Sequence record: DRR378314_197
Length of the DNA stretch: 64,000 bases
Reading direction: 5' to 3' (one strand)
The notes beneath the pieces were generated by a model that ran no database searches, was not told where the DNA came from, and saw only the letters and a program-made list of their open reading frames with translations. Of the stretch, positions 49,019 through 59,663 are shown piece by piece. A program made the position numbers and the translations under genes. Numbering within the stretch: position 1 is the first letter of the stretch; each line of letters starts with the position of its first letter.

Positions 49019-49693
49019 TTAAGAGTCTTGTTTGGTTTTTGAGCTCATACGAGCACGCAATGCTTCCAGCTCGTCATTCACTTTACTCTCGTTTTCCAGC
49101 TCTGCAAATTCGTCACGCAATGTCCGTTTACCCATATCATAAGATTCAACCTGGGCTTCTAAATCATCGATTTTAGCTTCGTAACGGTCAAACCGCTGCA
49201 TCGCGTCATCGACTTTGCCACTATCAACCTGTTGCTTAACCTGCAAGCGGCTGCTGGCTGCCTTCTGGCGCATCAGAATCGCTTTTTGGCGAGACTTCGC
49301 ATCGGCCAGTTTTTCCTGAAGTTGGCCAATTTCATCATTTAGCTTGTCCAGGTTTTCATTAACGCGATCCATTTCCTGCTGCAACGAGTCAACGCCCTGC
49401 TGTGCTTTTTGCTTTTCAATTAATGCCTGACGAGCTAAATCATCACGCTCTTTGGTTAACGCCAGCTCAGCTTTGTTTTCCCAGTCCTGAACTTCGTTTT
49501 CCATCCGTTGCTGCTGACGCTGAATGTCTTTCTTTTCAGCTAACAGGCGCGCTGACGTAGAGCGTACTTCAACTAACGTATCTTCCATCTCCTGAATAAT
49601 CAGGCGTACCATTTTTTGCGGATCTTCGGCTTTATCCAATAAAGAATTGATATTGGAGTTCACGATATCGCTAAAACGTGAAAAAATACCCAT
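49019..49693 (-). CDS. pspA: phage shock protein A
   Basis: MGIFSRFSDIVNSNI..LLDKAEDPQKMVRLIIQEMEDTLVE; GAGG Shine-Dalgarno. Confidence 0.97.
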   Translation of the reverse strand: MGIFSRFSDIVNSNINSLLDKAEDPQKMVRLIIQEMEDTLVEVRSTSARLLAEKKDIQRQQQRMENEVQDWENKAELALTKERDDLARQALIEKQKAQQGVDSLQQEMDRVNENLDKLNDEIGQLQEKLADAKSRQKAILMRQKAASSRLQVKQQVDSGKVDDAMQRFDRYEAKIDDLEAQVESYDMGKRTLRDEFAELENESKVNDELEALRARMSSKTKQDS

Positions 49694-49739
49694 AATAATG
49701 ACCTCATACTGGTTTAATAAACAACTCGATGATTTATTA

Positions 49740-49756
49740 TTCAAGTATCAGGCCAA
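49740..49756 (-). promoter_or_regulatory. sigma54 promoter of pspA
   Basis: TTGGCCTGATACTTGAA (-24 GG, -12 variant GA); AT-rich IHF/UAS-like region towards pspF. Confidence 0.7.
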
Positions 49757-49883
49757 CTTTTATTTATGCCATAACAACTTGTTTTATAAATACTTTTTAT
49801 AGTTTATGTGAATTACACCCTTGCGGGAGTTCGTAAAATAAACTAATAATTAGCAAAAATAACTATAATATAAGGCATTCGAC

Positions 49884-50960
49884 ATGCGCCCTGAGCGAAA
49901 ACCCGACAACCTCATCGGACAATCCAACAGCTTTTCCGATGTGCTGGAACAAGTGTCGCAGATTGCTCCTCTTGATAAGCCCGTATTAATTATTGGTGAA
50001 CGTGGTACTGGTAAAGAGCTTATTGCGGCGCGTTGTCATTACCTGTCCAGACGCTGGCAACAGCAATACGTTACCCTCAACTGTGCCGCACTGAATGAAA
50101 ACTTACTCGACAGTGAACTCTTTGGACATGAAGCTGGTGCTTTCACCGGAGCCGCAAAGAAGCACGAAGGTCGTTTTGAACGCGCTGACAGTGGTTCGCT
50201 ATTTCTTGATGAATTAGCCAATACGTCTTTGCGAGTTCAGGAAAAGCTGCTGCGGGTTATTGAGTACGGAGAATTTGAGCGAGTGGGTGGCCGTCATTCA
50301 GTTAAAGTCGACACTCGCCTCATTGCCGCTACCAATGAAGACCTCCCATCACTTGCTGCCAAAGGCCAATTTCGTTCAGATTTGCTGGATCGCCTGGCAT
50401 TTGATGTCATTACGCTGCCGCCATTACGCGAGCGCCGTGACGATATTATGTTACTTGCTGAGCACTTTGCTATTTCTATGGCACGCGAAATGGAACTGGA
50501 GTTATTCAGTGGTTTTTCCGAGAAAGCCCGTAAAACCTTGCTTGAATATCATTGGCCCGGTAATGTACGCGAGCTTAAAAACACAGTAGAGCGAAGCTTA
50601 TATCGGCTGGGAAATGGGCATGTGCCTATTCACGATATTATTATTGACCCGTTTAACAGTCCGTTCCGGCCAAAAACTCCGGTTACCGAAAAAGCTGTAC
50701 CGCAAGAGCCTGTAGCTAATGAACAAAGCAATGCTGAAAGTAATGAATTAATTGATATGCCGAAACTCAACGCCGAACAGCCAATAGACTTTAAGCAAAA
50801 GTCGCAAGAGTATGAAATTGATGTCTTGTCGCAAGCCTTGCGTTTATGTCAGTTTAACCAAAAGAAAACAGCTAATTTTCTTGGACTGACTTATCATCAG
50901 TTACGGGGTTACTTAAAAAAGTATCAGTTATTGGAAGGGGCTTCTGCAGCTAATGATTAA
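49884..50960 (+). CDS. pspF: psp operon activator
   Basis: GERGTGKE, GAFTGA, FLDE, HTH LGLTYHQLRG. Confidence 0.96.
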   Translation: MRPERKPDNLIGQSNSFSDVLEQVSQIAPLDKPVLIIGERGTGKELIAARCHYLSRRWQQQYVTLNCAALNENLLDSELFGHEAGAFTGAAKKHEGRFERADSGSLFLDELANTSLRVQEKLLRVIEYGEFERVGGRHSVKVDTRLIAATNEDLPSLAAKGQFRSDLLDRLAFDVITLPPLRERRDDIMLLAEHFAISMAREMELELFSGFSEKARKTLLEYHWPGNVRELKNTVERSLYRLGNGHVPIHDIIIDPFNSPFRPKTPVTEKAVPQEPVANEQSNAESNELIDMPKLNAEQPIDFKQKSQEYEIDVLSQALRLCQFNQKKTANFLGLTYHQLRGYLKKYQLLEGASAAND

Positions 50961-52578
50961 AGCGTACGCCAATGTAGCTGTTATAGCAGCAGCGTTTCTC
51001 TCAGGCTGCCAGTCCGATGAACCTGAGCCGGCTCCTCTGGCCAACGGTATTATTTATTGTTCGGAAGGCAACCCCGCTTCTTTTAATCCTCAGCTTGTTA
51101 CCTCCGGCACCACCGTTGATGCCACCGCTGCTCAACTCTATGACAGGTTAATTGATTACGATGCTGAGCAACAAAAATTTGTACCGGCGCTTGCGAAGCG
51201 CTGGGAAACTTTGGATAACGGCACTCGTTATCGATTTCATTTGCGCGAAGGCGTAAAATTTCATACCACCAACTACTTTCAGCCTAGCCGCGAACTAACA
51301 GCTGAAGACGTTCAGTTCAGCTTTAACCGGTGGCTGGATGAAACCAGTCTTTATCATCAAGTTGGAGGGAGTTATCCGTTTTTCAGAGCCACAGGGCTGG
51401 ACCAGTTAATAAATAAAGTTGTCAAAATTGATAAAATGACGGTCGATATTGTGCTGAATAATGCCGATAGTTCGTTTTTAGCGAACCTGGCAACAGACTT
51501 TGCCGTTATTTTATCCGCAGAGTACGCACAACAACTATTAATTGAAGAGCGACCCGGACAAATAGATGCTCTACCGATAGGAACCGGCCCCTACCGTTTC
51601 GAAAGTTATCGCAAAGACGTGTTAATACGTTACTCCCGACATCCTGGGTACTGGCGGGAAGGCCCCGGAATTGAACATTTGGTGTACTCTATTACCCCAA
51701 ATGCAAACAAGCGTATGCTTAAGCTAGTTACCGGCGAATGTGACATTATTCCTTACCCGCTGGTGAGTGAATTACAGGCTCTCAACCGAGATCAGTTAAT
51801 TGTCACTGATGAGGTAAGTCCAAATGTGTCTTTCTGGGCATTTAATACTGAGAAAGAACCTTTTGATGACCCTCTGGTTCGTCAGGCACTGAGCCACGCT
51901 ATTAATCGCGAAGCGATTATTCAGACCATATACTACGGTAATGCTGAGCTGGCACAGTCAATATTACCTCCAACGTCCTGGGCTTATGATGACCGCGGTA
52001 TCCAGTATCAATATGACCCGGAAAAGGCTAAACGCTTATTAAAAGAAGCCGGTCATTCAAATTTAAATATAAATATCTGGGCTATGCCAGTACAGCGGGT
52101 TTACAACCCGAACGCTCGCAGAATGGCGGAACTAATGCAGTCAGACTTAGCCCAAATTGGTGTTTCCGCAAGCATTGTTTCTTATGAATGGAACACCTTT
52201 CGTCGCCGCCTTTCTCGTGGTGAACACGACACTGTTCTAATTGGCTGGTACGCCGATAATGCTGACCCTGATAACTTTTTCAGGCCATTGTTGAGCTGTG
52301 CTGCCGTAGCAACAGGAGGTAACCGGGCTAACTGGTGCCACCCGGGTTTTGACCAATTGCTTTACAGCGCCATTGCAACCACGGTACCAGAGGAGCGTAA
52401 AGCTCTGTATCAATCAGCTCAGCACTTACTGAATCAGCAACAACCTTTGCTGCCTATTGCCCATTCCAAACGCTTTCAGGCACAGCAGAAAAATATCAGC
52501 GGCGTAGAGCTTCCCCCTTATGGTGGTATTAACTTTCGCCTGGCCACTAAAGATACGGTGGAGGAAGAATCACAATGA
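50953..52578 (+). CDS. sapA: Sap ABC transporter substrate-binding lipoprotein
   Basis: FNPQ, PIGTGPY, WAMPVQR.YNP; sap synteny behind pspF. Confidence 0.88.
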   Translation: MIKAYANVAVIAAAFLSGCQSDEPEPAPLANGIIYCSEGNPASFNPQLVTSGTTVDATAAQLYDRLIDYDAEQQKFVPALAKRWETLDNGTRYRFHLREGVKFHTTNYFQPSRELTAEDVQFSFNRWLDETSLYHQVGGSYPFFRATGLDQLINKVVKIDKMTVDIVLNNADSSFLANLATDFAVILSAEYAQQLLIEERPGQIDALPIGTGPYRFESYRKDVLIRYSRHPGYWREGPGIEHLVYSITPNANKRMLKLVTGECDIIPYPLVSELQALNRDQLIVTDEVSPNVSFWAFNTEKEPFDDPLVRQALSHAINREAIIQTIYYGNAELAQSILPPTSWAYDDRGIQYQYDPEKAKRLLKEAGHSNLNINIWAMPVQRVYNPNARRMAELMQSDLAQIGVSASIVSYEWNTFRRRLSRGEHDTVLIGWYADNADPDNFFRPLLSCAAVATGGNRANWCHPGFDQLLYSAIATTVPEERKALYQSAQHLLNQQQPLLPIAHSKRFQAQQKNISGVELPPYGGINFRLATKDTVEEESQ

Positions 52579-53603
52579 CCCGCTATCTTTTAGGCCGTTT
52601 AAGCGTTTTTATTATTGCTGTGTTTTTACTAACGCTGTTTAGCTTTAGCCTTAATTACTTGTTTCCAGGCGACCCAATAACCAATATGAGCGGCATCCGG
52701 TCGTTCCAGAGCAGTTACCCATTAATGGCTGAACTGCGTGGCGGCGACCAGAACCTGGCCATTCAATACCTAAGTTACTTGCAACACCTGTTCGCCGGAG
52801 ACTGGGGATTATCTCTGAGTAATGGTACACCGGTATTTGCCGATGGTATTCAACACTTTATGGCGTCAATCGAACTTATCCTTATGGCTTTACTGGTTGC
52901 CGTTCTTTTTGGACTACCATTGGGCGTATTTGCTGCCTCCCGCTTTCGGCAGCGTTCAGACCAAACTGTAATAAGTCTGGCGATGGTTGGGTACTCCATT
53001 CCGGTTTTCTGGTTAGCCCAGTTACTGATACTGCTGTTTGCCATAAAGCTAGGCTGGTTCCCCATTACCGGTCAGATAAACCCTTTATATGGCGTCGAAC
53101 CAAAGACCGGTTCAATTCTCATCGATGTCTTTTTAAGCGACTCCGACTACAAAGCCGCAGCGCTTCAGGACGCTTTGAATCATATTGTTCTACCGGTAAT
53201 CATACTGGCTATCATGCCAATGATGCTGTTACTTCGCTTAATGCGAAACGCTACTCAGGAAATGCTGCAAAAGCCTTTCGTAAAAGCCGCCCGAGCCCGT
53301 GGATTAAATGAGTTCCGAGTATTAGTAAAACACGCTATTCCAAATGCGGTGCAATCGGTGCTGCAACAAACCACTCTCATCTTCAGTTTACTGTTAACTA
53401 ACAGTATTGTGGTTGAGTCCATTTTTAACTGGCCGGGAATGGGCAACTGGCTTATCCGTAGTATTTTTGAGCGTGACTACCCTATTATCCAGGCAGCTGT
53501 ATTAATGTTTGCTTTCGTTATTTTGTTCTTTAACCTACTGGTCGAGCTTTACCATGGCTGGCGATTTCCGATAGTGAGGCACGAACAATATGCCACACGT
53601 TAA
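52575..53603 (+). CDS. sapB: Sap ABC permease
   Basis: SIPVFW, A.ARGL, ESIFNWPG.G.W. Confidence 0.88.
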   Translation: MTRYLLGRLSVFIIAVFLLTLFSFSLNYLFPGDPITNMSGIRSFQSSYPLMAELRGGDQNLAIQYLSYLQHLFAGDWGLSLSNGTPVFADGIQHFMASIELILMALLVAVLFGLPLGVFAASRFRQRSDQTVISLAMVGYSIPVFWLAQLLILLFAIKLGWFPITGQINPLYGVEPKTGSILIDVFLSDSDYKAAALQDALNHIVLPVIILAIMPMMLLLRLMRNATQEMLQKPFVKAARARGLNEFRVLVKHAIPNAVQSVLQQTTLIFSLLLTNSIVVESIFNWPGMGNWLIRSIFERDYPIIQAAVLMFAFVILFFNLLVELYHGWRFPIVRHEQYATR

Positions 53604-54483
53604 TCTTTACCATCACGATGAAACCCCGTCGCCACTCAAGCTAGTATGGAAAAGCTTCCAGTCAAGGTTTCTCTCCATGGCTGCCTTATATGTTCTGCTG
53701 GCAATGATATTGGTTGTGTTGCTGTCCCCGTTGCTGACGCCCTTCAATACATCAACCCAGTTCTCTGACGCCATTGCGCTTCCCCCTTCATGGGTTGAAA
53801 GCGGTAATATGAATTATTTATTTGGCACCGACGATCTAGGTCGGGATATGTTATCGCGACTATTAATTGGCGGACTGTACAGTTTGGGCCTACCGATACT
53901 CATGGTCGCAGTATCCTCATTAATTGGCATGAGCATAGGGGCTCTTGCCGGTATTGACCGAACCATAAAATACCAAAGCTTGTCACGGCTTTTTGATACC
54001 TTGCTGTCTATTCCGTCTTTTTTAATGGCACTTATCATTATTGCGATTCTCGGTACTGGTTTTAACAACGTAGCCTTTGCCATAACGCTTTCATTAATTC
54101 CGCAGTTTATCTTCGTTACCCGCAACGCGGTACACGAAGAGTGGCATAAGGACTACGTTACCGCCTCACGACTCAATGGTTGTTCCAAGGCCTACTTGCT
54201 TTACCGGGTTATATTACCTAATGTGACCCCCACATTGGTCATGCAGCTTACAGTATCCCTTTCCGTCGCTATTATGGATATTGCGGCTCTTAGCTTCCTT
54301 GGTCTGGGTATTCAGGCACCAACTCCTGAATGGGGTAGTATGCTGGCGCGCAGCCTGGACGAGGTTTACTTGTCTCCCTGGTCAATGGTGCTACCGGGCA
54401 TAACGTTGTTTATTACCATTATGTCCATTAACATTGTCGGAGACAGTCTGCGGCGTGCTTTAAAAGAAAGGGTCAACAGCTAA
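53590..54483 (+). CDS. sapC: Sap ABC permease
   Basis: GTDDLGRD.LSRL, LSFLGLG.Q.P.PEWG. Confidence 0.88.
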   Translation: MPHVNLYHHDETPSPLKLVWKSFQSRFLSMAALYVLLAMILVVLLSPLLTPFNTSTQFSDAIALPPSWVESGNMNYLFGTDDLGRDMLSRLLIGGLYSLGLPILMVAVSSLIGMSIGALAGIDRTIKYQSLSRLFDTLLSIPSFLMALIIIAILGTGFNNVAFAITLSLIPQFIFVTRNAVHEEWHKDYVTASRLNGCSKAYLLYRVILPNVTPTLVMQLTVSLSVAIMDIAALSFLGLGIQAPTPEWGSMLARSLDEVYLSPWSMVLPGITLFITIMSINIVGDSLRRALKERVNS

Positions 54484-55475
54484 TGCAGTTACTCGACATA
54501 CGCAACCTCACGGTAGAAATGCAGACAGCGCACGGCATCGTTCGAGTATTGGATAAAGTCAATCTGCAACTTACCGAGGGCGAAATTCATAGTATTGTAG
54601 GCGAGTCTGGATCGGGAAAGAGCCTGCTGGCAAAAGCCATTATGGGCTTTATAAACCCCAACTGGCAGGTTACCGCCGACAGACTTTGGTGGAATGGCCA
54701 GGATCTACTAGCAATGACGCCTAAACAGCGACGGAAAATTACCGGGCGCGATATGGCTATGATTTTTCAGGACCCTAATGCCTATCTGGATCCTAACAGC
54801 ACAGTCGAGCAACAAATTGTAGAGGCCATTCCACAAGGGGATGTTCGCGGTACATTCATGCGTCGCCGGGTTGACCGTAAAACCCGGGTTAAAAGGCTGC
54901 TTCACCGAGTGGGTATTCGCGACCACGAGTCAATAATGGAGAGCTACCCTTTTGAATTGTCTCAGGGTATCGCGCAAAAGGTGAGTATTGCTATAGCCAT
55001 TGCTCACCGTCCCAGACTTCTTATTGCCGACGAACCCACCACTGCAATGGAGCCTTCAACCCGTTTACAGATCCATCGTTTGCTAGCGCGCCTGGCGGTT
55101 AGCCAAAAGATGTCCGTTGTATTGATTTCGCAGGATGTTGGCTCCATTTTGCCTGAGACCAAACGTTTAACACTGCTTTATTGTGGGCAGCTAATGGAAA
55201 CAGGACCCGCCCACGAGATTTTGTCAGAACCGGCGCACCCTTACACCGATTCGATGCTTCGCATGTCATTGCAAACGCAGCAGGAGTTGCCTCACAAAGC
55301 GCGTTTACCGACCCTACCCGGTTCTATACCAACCTTGCGGCATATGCCAATTGGGTGTCGTCTGGGGCCCCGATGCCCTTACGCTCAAAAGACCTGCGTT
55401 AAAGCCCCACGGGCGACTCACGACCGGCAACGTGTGTATCATTGCCATTTCCCGCTACTGGATAGCAGCTCATGA
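54483..55475 (+). CDS. sapD: Sap ABC ATPase
   Basis: LLDIRNLT, GESGSGKS, ADEPT, C-terminal GCRLGPRCPYAQ..C. Confidence 0.9.
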   Translation: MQLLDIRNLTVEMQTAHGIVRVLDKVNLQLTEGEIHSIVGESGSGKSLLAKAIMGFINPNWQVTADRLWWNGQDLLAMTPKQRRKITGRDMAMIFQDPNAYLDPNSTVEQQIVEAIPQGDVRGTFMRRRVDRKTRVKRLLHRVGIRDHESIMESYPFELSQGIAQKVSIAIAIAHRPRLLIADEPTTAMEPSTRLQIHRLLARLAVSQKMSVVLISQDVGSILPETKRLTLLYCGQLMETGPAHEILSEPAHPYTDSMLRMSLQTQQELPHKARLPTLPGSIPTLRHMPIGCRLGPRCPYAQKTCVKAPRATHDRQRVYHCHFPLLDSSS

Positions 55476-56284
55476 GTCACTTACTGGAAGTTCGGAACCT
55501 CGGCAAAACGTACCGCTCTCGAAAAGGCTGGCCATGGACTCCTAAGTCGGTAGCCATAGAACCTTTGTCTTTCACCCTTGAAGCCGGAGAAATATTGGCT
55601 GTAATGGGTGAGACCGGGTCGGGGAAGTCTACCCTGGCGCAAATTATTGGCGGGGTAGATACCGCAACCAGTGGCGAAATTCTGCTTAATGGCCAAAAGC
55701 TCCATAGCAATAACTATCCGCAGCTATGTAACAACATTCGTATGATATTTCAGGACAGTGAAAACTCTCTGAATGCGCATCTGAATATAGGTAAACAGCT
55801 GGAAGAGCCTCTGTTATTTAATACCCAGTTAACGGCTGCCGAACGTCAGGAGCGGGTCAATTTAACCTTGCAACGCGTTGGTATGCTACGTGAACACTGG
55901 GAATTCTACCCTCACATGCTGTCCAGCGGACAAAAACAAAGAGTCTGTATTGCGCGTGCCATTATTCTGGAACCGCAGATTGTTGTCGCCGACGAAGCCC
56001 TGGTTGCACTTGACCCATCAATTAGAGCTCAAATCATTAATCTAATGCTCGATCTTCAGAAAGATATGGGTATTTCTTACATTTTAGTGACACATTCGCC
56101 GCAAATCGTGAAACACATTGCGGATAAGATCTTAATTTTATATCGTGGTAAAATGATCGCGTTTGATAAAACAGACATAGTACTAGAGGACACGCAGCAA
56201 ACTTACGTTCAACAATTGCTGCACGAACATTTAAAACAGAACATTCAATATAACAGCGACAGAAGCGCTAAGATCGCTGACTAA
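55472..56284 (+). CDS. sapF: Sap ABC ATPase
   Basis: GSGKST, YPHMLS.GQKQR, ADEAL. Confidence 0.9.
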   Translation: MSHLLEVRNLGKTYRSRKGWPWTPKSVAIEPLSFTLEAGEILAVMGETGSGKSTLAQIIGGVDTATSGEILLNGQKLHSNNYPQLCNNIRMIFQDSENSLNAHLNIGKQLEEPLLFNTQLTAAERQERVNLTLQRVGMLREHWEFYPHMLSSGQKQRVCIARAIILEPQIVVADEALVALDPSIRAQIINLMLDLQKDMGISYILVTHSPQIVKHIADKILILYRGKMIAFDKTDIVLEDTQQTYVQQLLHEHLKQNIQYNSDRSAKIAD

Positions 56285-56307
56285 AAACTAAAAAACGGGA
56301 GTTTAAT

Positions 56308-57840
56308 GTGGAAACAGGTACTCTGATATCACTAGCGCTGTACTTTATTGTCATGCTAGGTATTGGGCTTTACGCCTATAAAAAGTCTACCGACTCAGTT
56401 TCAGGCTATATGCTTGGAGGACGAGGCTTAGGCCCTGCAGTTACGGCATTATCAGCAGGTGCATCCGATATGAGTGGTTGGATGTTGATGGGCTTACCCG
56501 GTGCAATTTACGTCTCTGGCGTATCGCAGTTGTGGATTGCAGTGGGTCTGGTCATTGGTGCATTCTTAAACTATGTCATAGTGGCGCCCCGCCTCAGAAC
56601 CTACACCGAAGTTGCTAACGACTCAATTACGATACCAGGCTATTTCTCTAATCGTTTTAACGATAAAGGTCGACGTCTACGTATCTTTTCTTCAGTTGTT
56701 ATTATCATCTTTTTCACCTTGTACACGTCTGCCAGCTTAGTTGCGGGAGGAAAGCTGTTCGACAGCTCCTTCGGCATGGACTACACCACAGGGCTCTGGG
56801 TAACGGCCGGTGTTGTCTGTGCTTACACCCTGTTCGGGGGCTTTTTGGCGGTGAGTATGACCGATTTTGTGCAAGGCTGTATTATGTTTGTCGCTTTGGT
56901 ACTGGTGCCTATCGTGGCTTTTGTCGACCTCGGTGGATACAGCAGTGTAGTTGGACAGGTTAACGACATTGATACTAACTTCCTCGACTTTTTCTACAAC
57001 GTAGACAAAGGCGAAGCGATTGGCTTTCTGGGTATCGTCTCACTGCTGGCATGGGGTCTTGGCTACTTTGGCCAACCACACATTATCGTACGCTTTATGG
57101 CAATACGTTCAGTTAGCGATGTAAAAGCCGCTCGTCGTATTGGCGTGTCGTGGATGGTGGTATCCATCATCGGCGCTATGGCAACCGGTTTTGTTGGTAT
57201 CGCTTATGTGGCAACTCAGCCAATGGGAATAGCTGATGCTGAGACCATCTTTATTGAGTTCTCTCAGGTACTGTTCCACCCACTTATTGGTGGTTTCCTA
57301 CTTGCCGCTATTCTTGCCGCAATTATGAGTACAATTTCTTCTCAATTACTGGTTAGTTCCAGTTCATTAACTGAGGACTTTTATAAAGCCTTCCTGCGTA
57401 AAGACGCAAGTGAAAGAGAGCTTGTAATGGTCGGTCGATTGTCAGTTTTAGTAGTGACCCTGATCGCTATTTATCTAGCGTACGGTGAGACAGAAACGGT
57501 ACTCGCTCTGGTATCTAAAGCCTGGGCAGGATTCGGGGCTGCCTTCGGTCCGGTCGTTATTCTCAGTCTATTTTGGAAGCGTATGAACCGTAACGGCGCA
57601 CTAGCGGGCATGCTTACCGGAGCAATTACCGTTCTACTTTGGATTTTCAGTCCAATACTGTTCGGTATCGACCTTAGTGACGAAGTTGTCTATGAAATGG
57701 TGCCTGGCTTTATTCTGTCGACTCTGGCGATTATCATCTTCAGTAAGCTGACAGATGAACCGGCTCAGGAGCTTCAGGACAAGTTTGTTGAAATGGAGAG
57801 CGTCATTGACGGTTACTACCATGGTGACAAAAAAGGCTAA
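56308..57840 (+). CDS. putP: sodium/proline symporter
   Basis: ALSAGASDMSGWMLMGLPG, WGLGYFGQPHI..RFMA, AWAGFGAAFGP. Confidence 0.93.
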   Translation: METGTLISLALYFIVMLGIGLYAYKKSTDSVSGYMLGGRGLGPAVTALSAGASDMSGWMLMGLPGAIYVSGVSQLWIAVGLVIGAFLNYVIVAPRLRTYTEVANDSITIPGYFSNRFNDKGRRLRIFSSVVIIIFFTLYTSASLVAGGKLFDSSFGMDYTTGLWVTAGVVCAYTLFGGFLAVSMTDFVQGCIMFVALVLVPIVAFVDLGGYSSVVGQVNDIDTNFLDFFYNVDKGEAIGFLGIVSLLAWGLGYFGQPHIIVRFMAIRSVSDVKAARRIGVSWMVVSIIGAMATGFVGIAYVATQPMGIADAETIFIEFSQVLFHPLIGGFLLAAILAAIMSTISSQLLVSSSSLTEDFYKAFLRKDASERELVMVGRLSVLVVTLIAIYLAYGETETVLALVSKAWAGFGAAFGPVVILSLFWKRMNRNGALAGMLTGAITVLLWIFSPILFGIDLSDEVVYEMVPGFILSTLAIIIFSKLTDEPAQELQDKFVEMESVIDGYYHGDKKG

Positions 57841-57863
57841 GCTATTTACGCCTTGTAACTGAT

Positions 57864-57900
57864 AAAAAGACCAGCCCATCGTGGCTGGTCTTTTTTGTTT
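57864..57900 (+). terminator. terminator after putP
   Basis: AAAAAGACCAGCC-loop-GGCTGGTCTTTTTT. Confidence 0.85.
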
Positions 57901-57945
57901 TAGAAGTCCGGCCTATAGTGGTAGAAAAACAAAAAGGTAACCACT

Positions 57946-59655
57946 ATGGCTAAATTAAATATTATTGCATCCGCGGCGCTCGCATTTTCCTGCGCGGCAA
58001 CAACCTTACCCAGTAATGCCAGTGACCGTATTACCGGACACCACTTTGCTACCCGCTCAGAAGCGATGGCACCAACGGCAATGGCCGCAACAAGTCAGCC
58101 ATTAGCCACGCAAGTTGCATTAGATATTATGCAGGATGGCGGCAATGCAATAGATGCCGCTATTGCAGCTAATGCGGTATTAGGTCTGGTTGAGCCAACC
58201 GGAAACGGCATTGGTGGTGACCTCTACGCCATTGTCTGGGATGCTGAAACTAAGAAACTTCATGGTCTCAATGCCTCTGGCCGTTCCCCGCAAAGCTTAA
58301 CGCTCGACTATTTTAAAGAAAACGGATACGAGTCAATTCCGGCTCGCGGTGTACTTCCCTTATCCGTACCTGGGGCGGTAGATGGCTGGTTTGAGTTGCA
58401 CGACCGCTTCGGTGAGTTAAGCATGGAGAAAATATTGCAGCCAGCTATTAACTATGCTGAATCCGGTTTTCCGGTTACTGAAGTTATCGCTTATTACATG
58501 AAGCGTAACGCCGAAGTACTAAAAGATATCCCCGGCTTTGCCGACGTCTTTATGCGTGACGGCAATGTTCCGGAGAAAGGCGAACGTTTTAAAAACCCAG
58601 ACCTTGCCAACACATACAAAATACTGGCAAATGAGGGCCGCGACAGCTTTTACAAAGGGAAAATAGCCCACACTATCAGTGACTTTGTCGAAGAACACGA
58701 CGGTTTTCTGTCATATGAAGATTTAGCACAACACAGCTCCACCTGGGTCGACCCTGTATCCACTAGCTATCGTGGCTACGACTTATGGGAATTACCACCC
58801 AATACACAGGGTATCGCCGCACTGCAGATTCTGAATATACTTGAGCAATTTGATATCAAAGCCATGGGTTACGATAGCCCCGAATACATTCACCATTTTG
58901 TAGAAGCCAAAAAGCTGGCGTTTGAAGACCGTGCTAAATACTATTCGGATCCAGCGTTCAATGACGTACCTGTTCAAGGCCTTATTGACAAAGAGTACGG
59001 CAAAAAACGTGCGCAGTTGATTAATTCTGAACGCGCCGGACGCTCTTATGAGCCGGGTAATCCGCCAACAGAGGGCGACACTATTTATCTGACCACTGCC
59101 GATAAAGACGGCAATATGGTGTCACTCATTCAAAGTAACTACCGCGGTATGGGTTCCGGCGTCACTCCAACTGGCTTAGGTTTCGTTCTACAAAACCGGG
59201 GCGAGCTCTTTGCGTTAGACCCAAACCACCGTAACGTATTTGAACCAGGTAAACGCCCTTTCCATACCATTATTCCTGCCTTCGTCACTAAAGACGGAAA
59301 GCCGCTTATGAGCTATGGAGTTATGGGAGGAGCTACTCAGCCACAAATGCATGCACAAATTCTTATCAACCTCATTGATTTTGGCATGAACCTGCAAGAA
59401 GCCGGTGACGCGCCGCGTATTCTGCATACAGGCTCAAGTCAGCCAACAGGAGCAGTAATGGAAGATGGTGGCGTTGTTAGTCTGGAAAATGGTTTCTCAA
59501 AACACACTCGCCGTGAGCTAATAAAAATGGGGCACACATTGCAGGAAGCCGTGGGACCCTACGGTGGCTATCAGGCTATCTGGAAAGACCATGAGGAAGA
59601 TGTTTATATTGGTGCTTCTGAAAGCCGTAAGGATGGGCACGCCGCTGGTTATTAA
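57946..59655 (+). CDS. second gamma-glutamyltransferase-family Ntn hydrolase (exported)
   Basis: VEPTGNGIGGD, D-TIYLTTAD (Thr nucleophile), KRPFHTIIP, GVMGG..QPQ, SE.RKDG. Confidence 0.9.
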   Translation: MAKLNIIASAALAFSCAATTLPSNASDRITGHHFATRSEAMAPTAMAATSQPLATQVALDIMQDGGNAIDAAIAANAVLGLVEPTGNGIGGDLYAIVWDAETKKLHGLNASGRSPQSLTLDYFKENGYESIPARGVLPLSVPGAVDGWFELHDRFGELSMEKILQPAINYAESGFPVTEVIAYYMKRNAEVLKDIPGFADVFMRDGNVPEKGERFKNPDLANTYKILANEGRDSFYKGKIAHTISDFVEEHDGFLSYEDLAQHSSTWVDPVSTSYRGYDLWELPPNTQGIAALQILNILEQFDIKAMGYDSPEYIHHFVEAKKLAFEDRAKYYSDPAFNDVPVQGLIDKEYGKKRAQLINSERAGRSYEPGNPPTEGDTIYLTTADKDGNMVSLIQSNYRGMGSGVTPTGLGFVLQNRGELFALDPNHRNVFEPGKRPFHTIIPAFVTKDGKPLMSYGVMGGATQPQMHAQILINLIDFGMNLQEAGDAPRILHTGSSQPTGAVMEDGGVVSLENGFSKHTRRELIKMGHTLQEAVGPYGGYQAIWKDHEEDVYIGASESRKDGHAAGY

Positions 59656-59663
59656 CAATAAAA

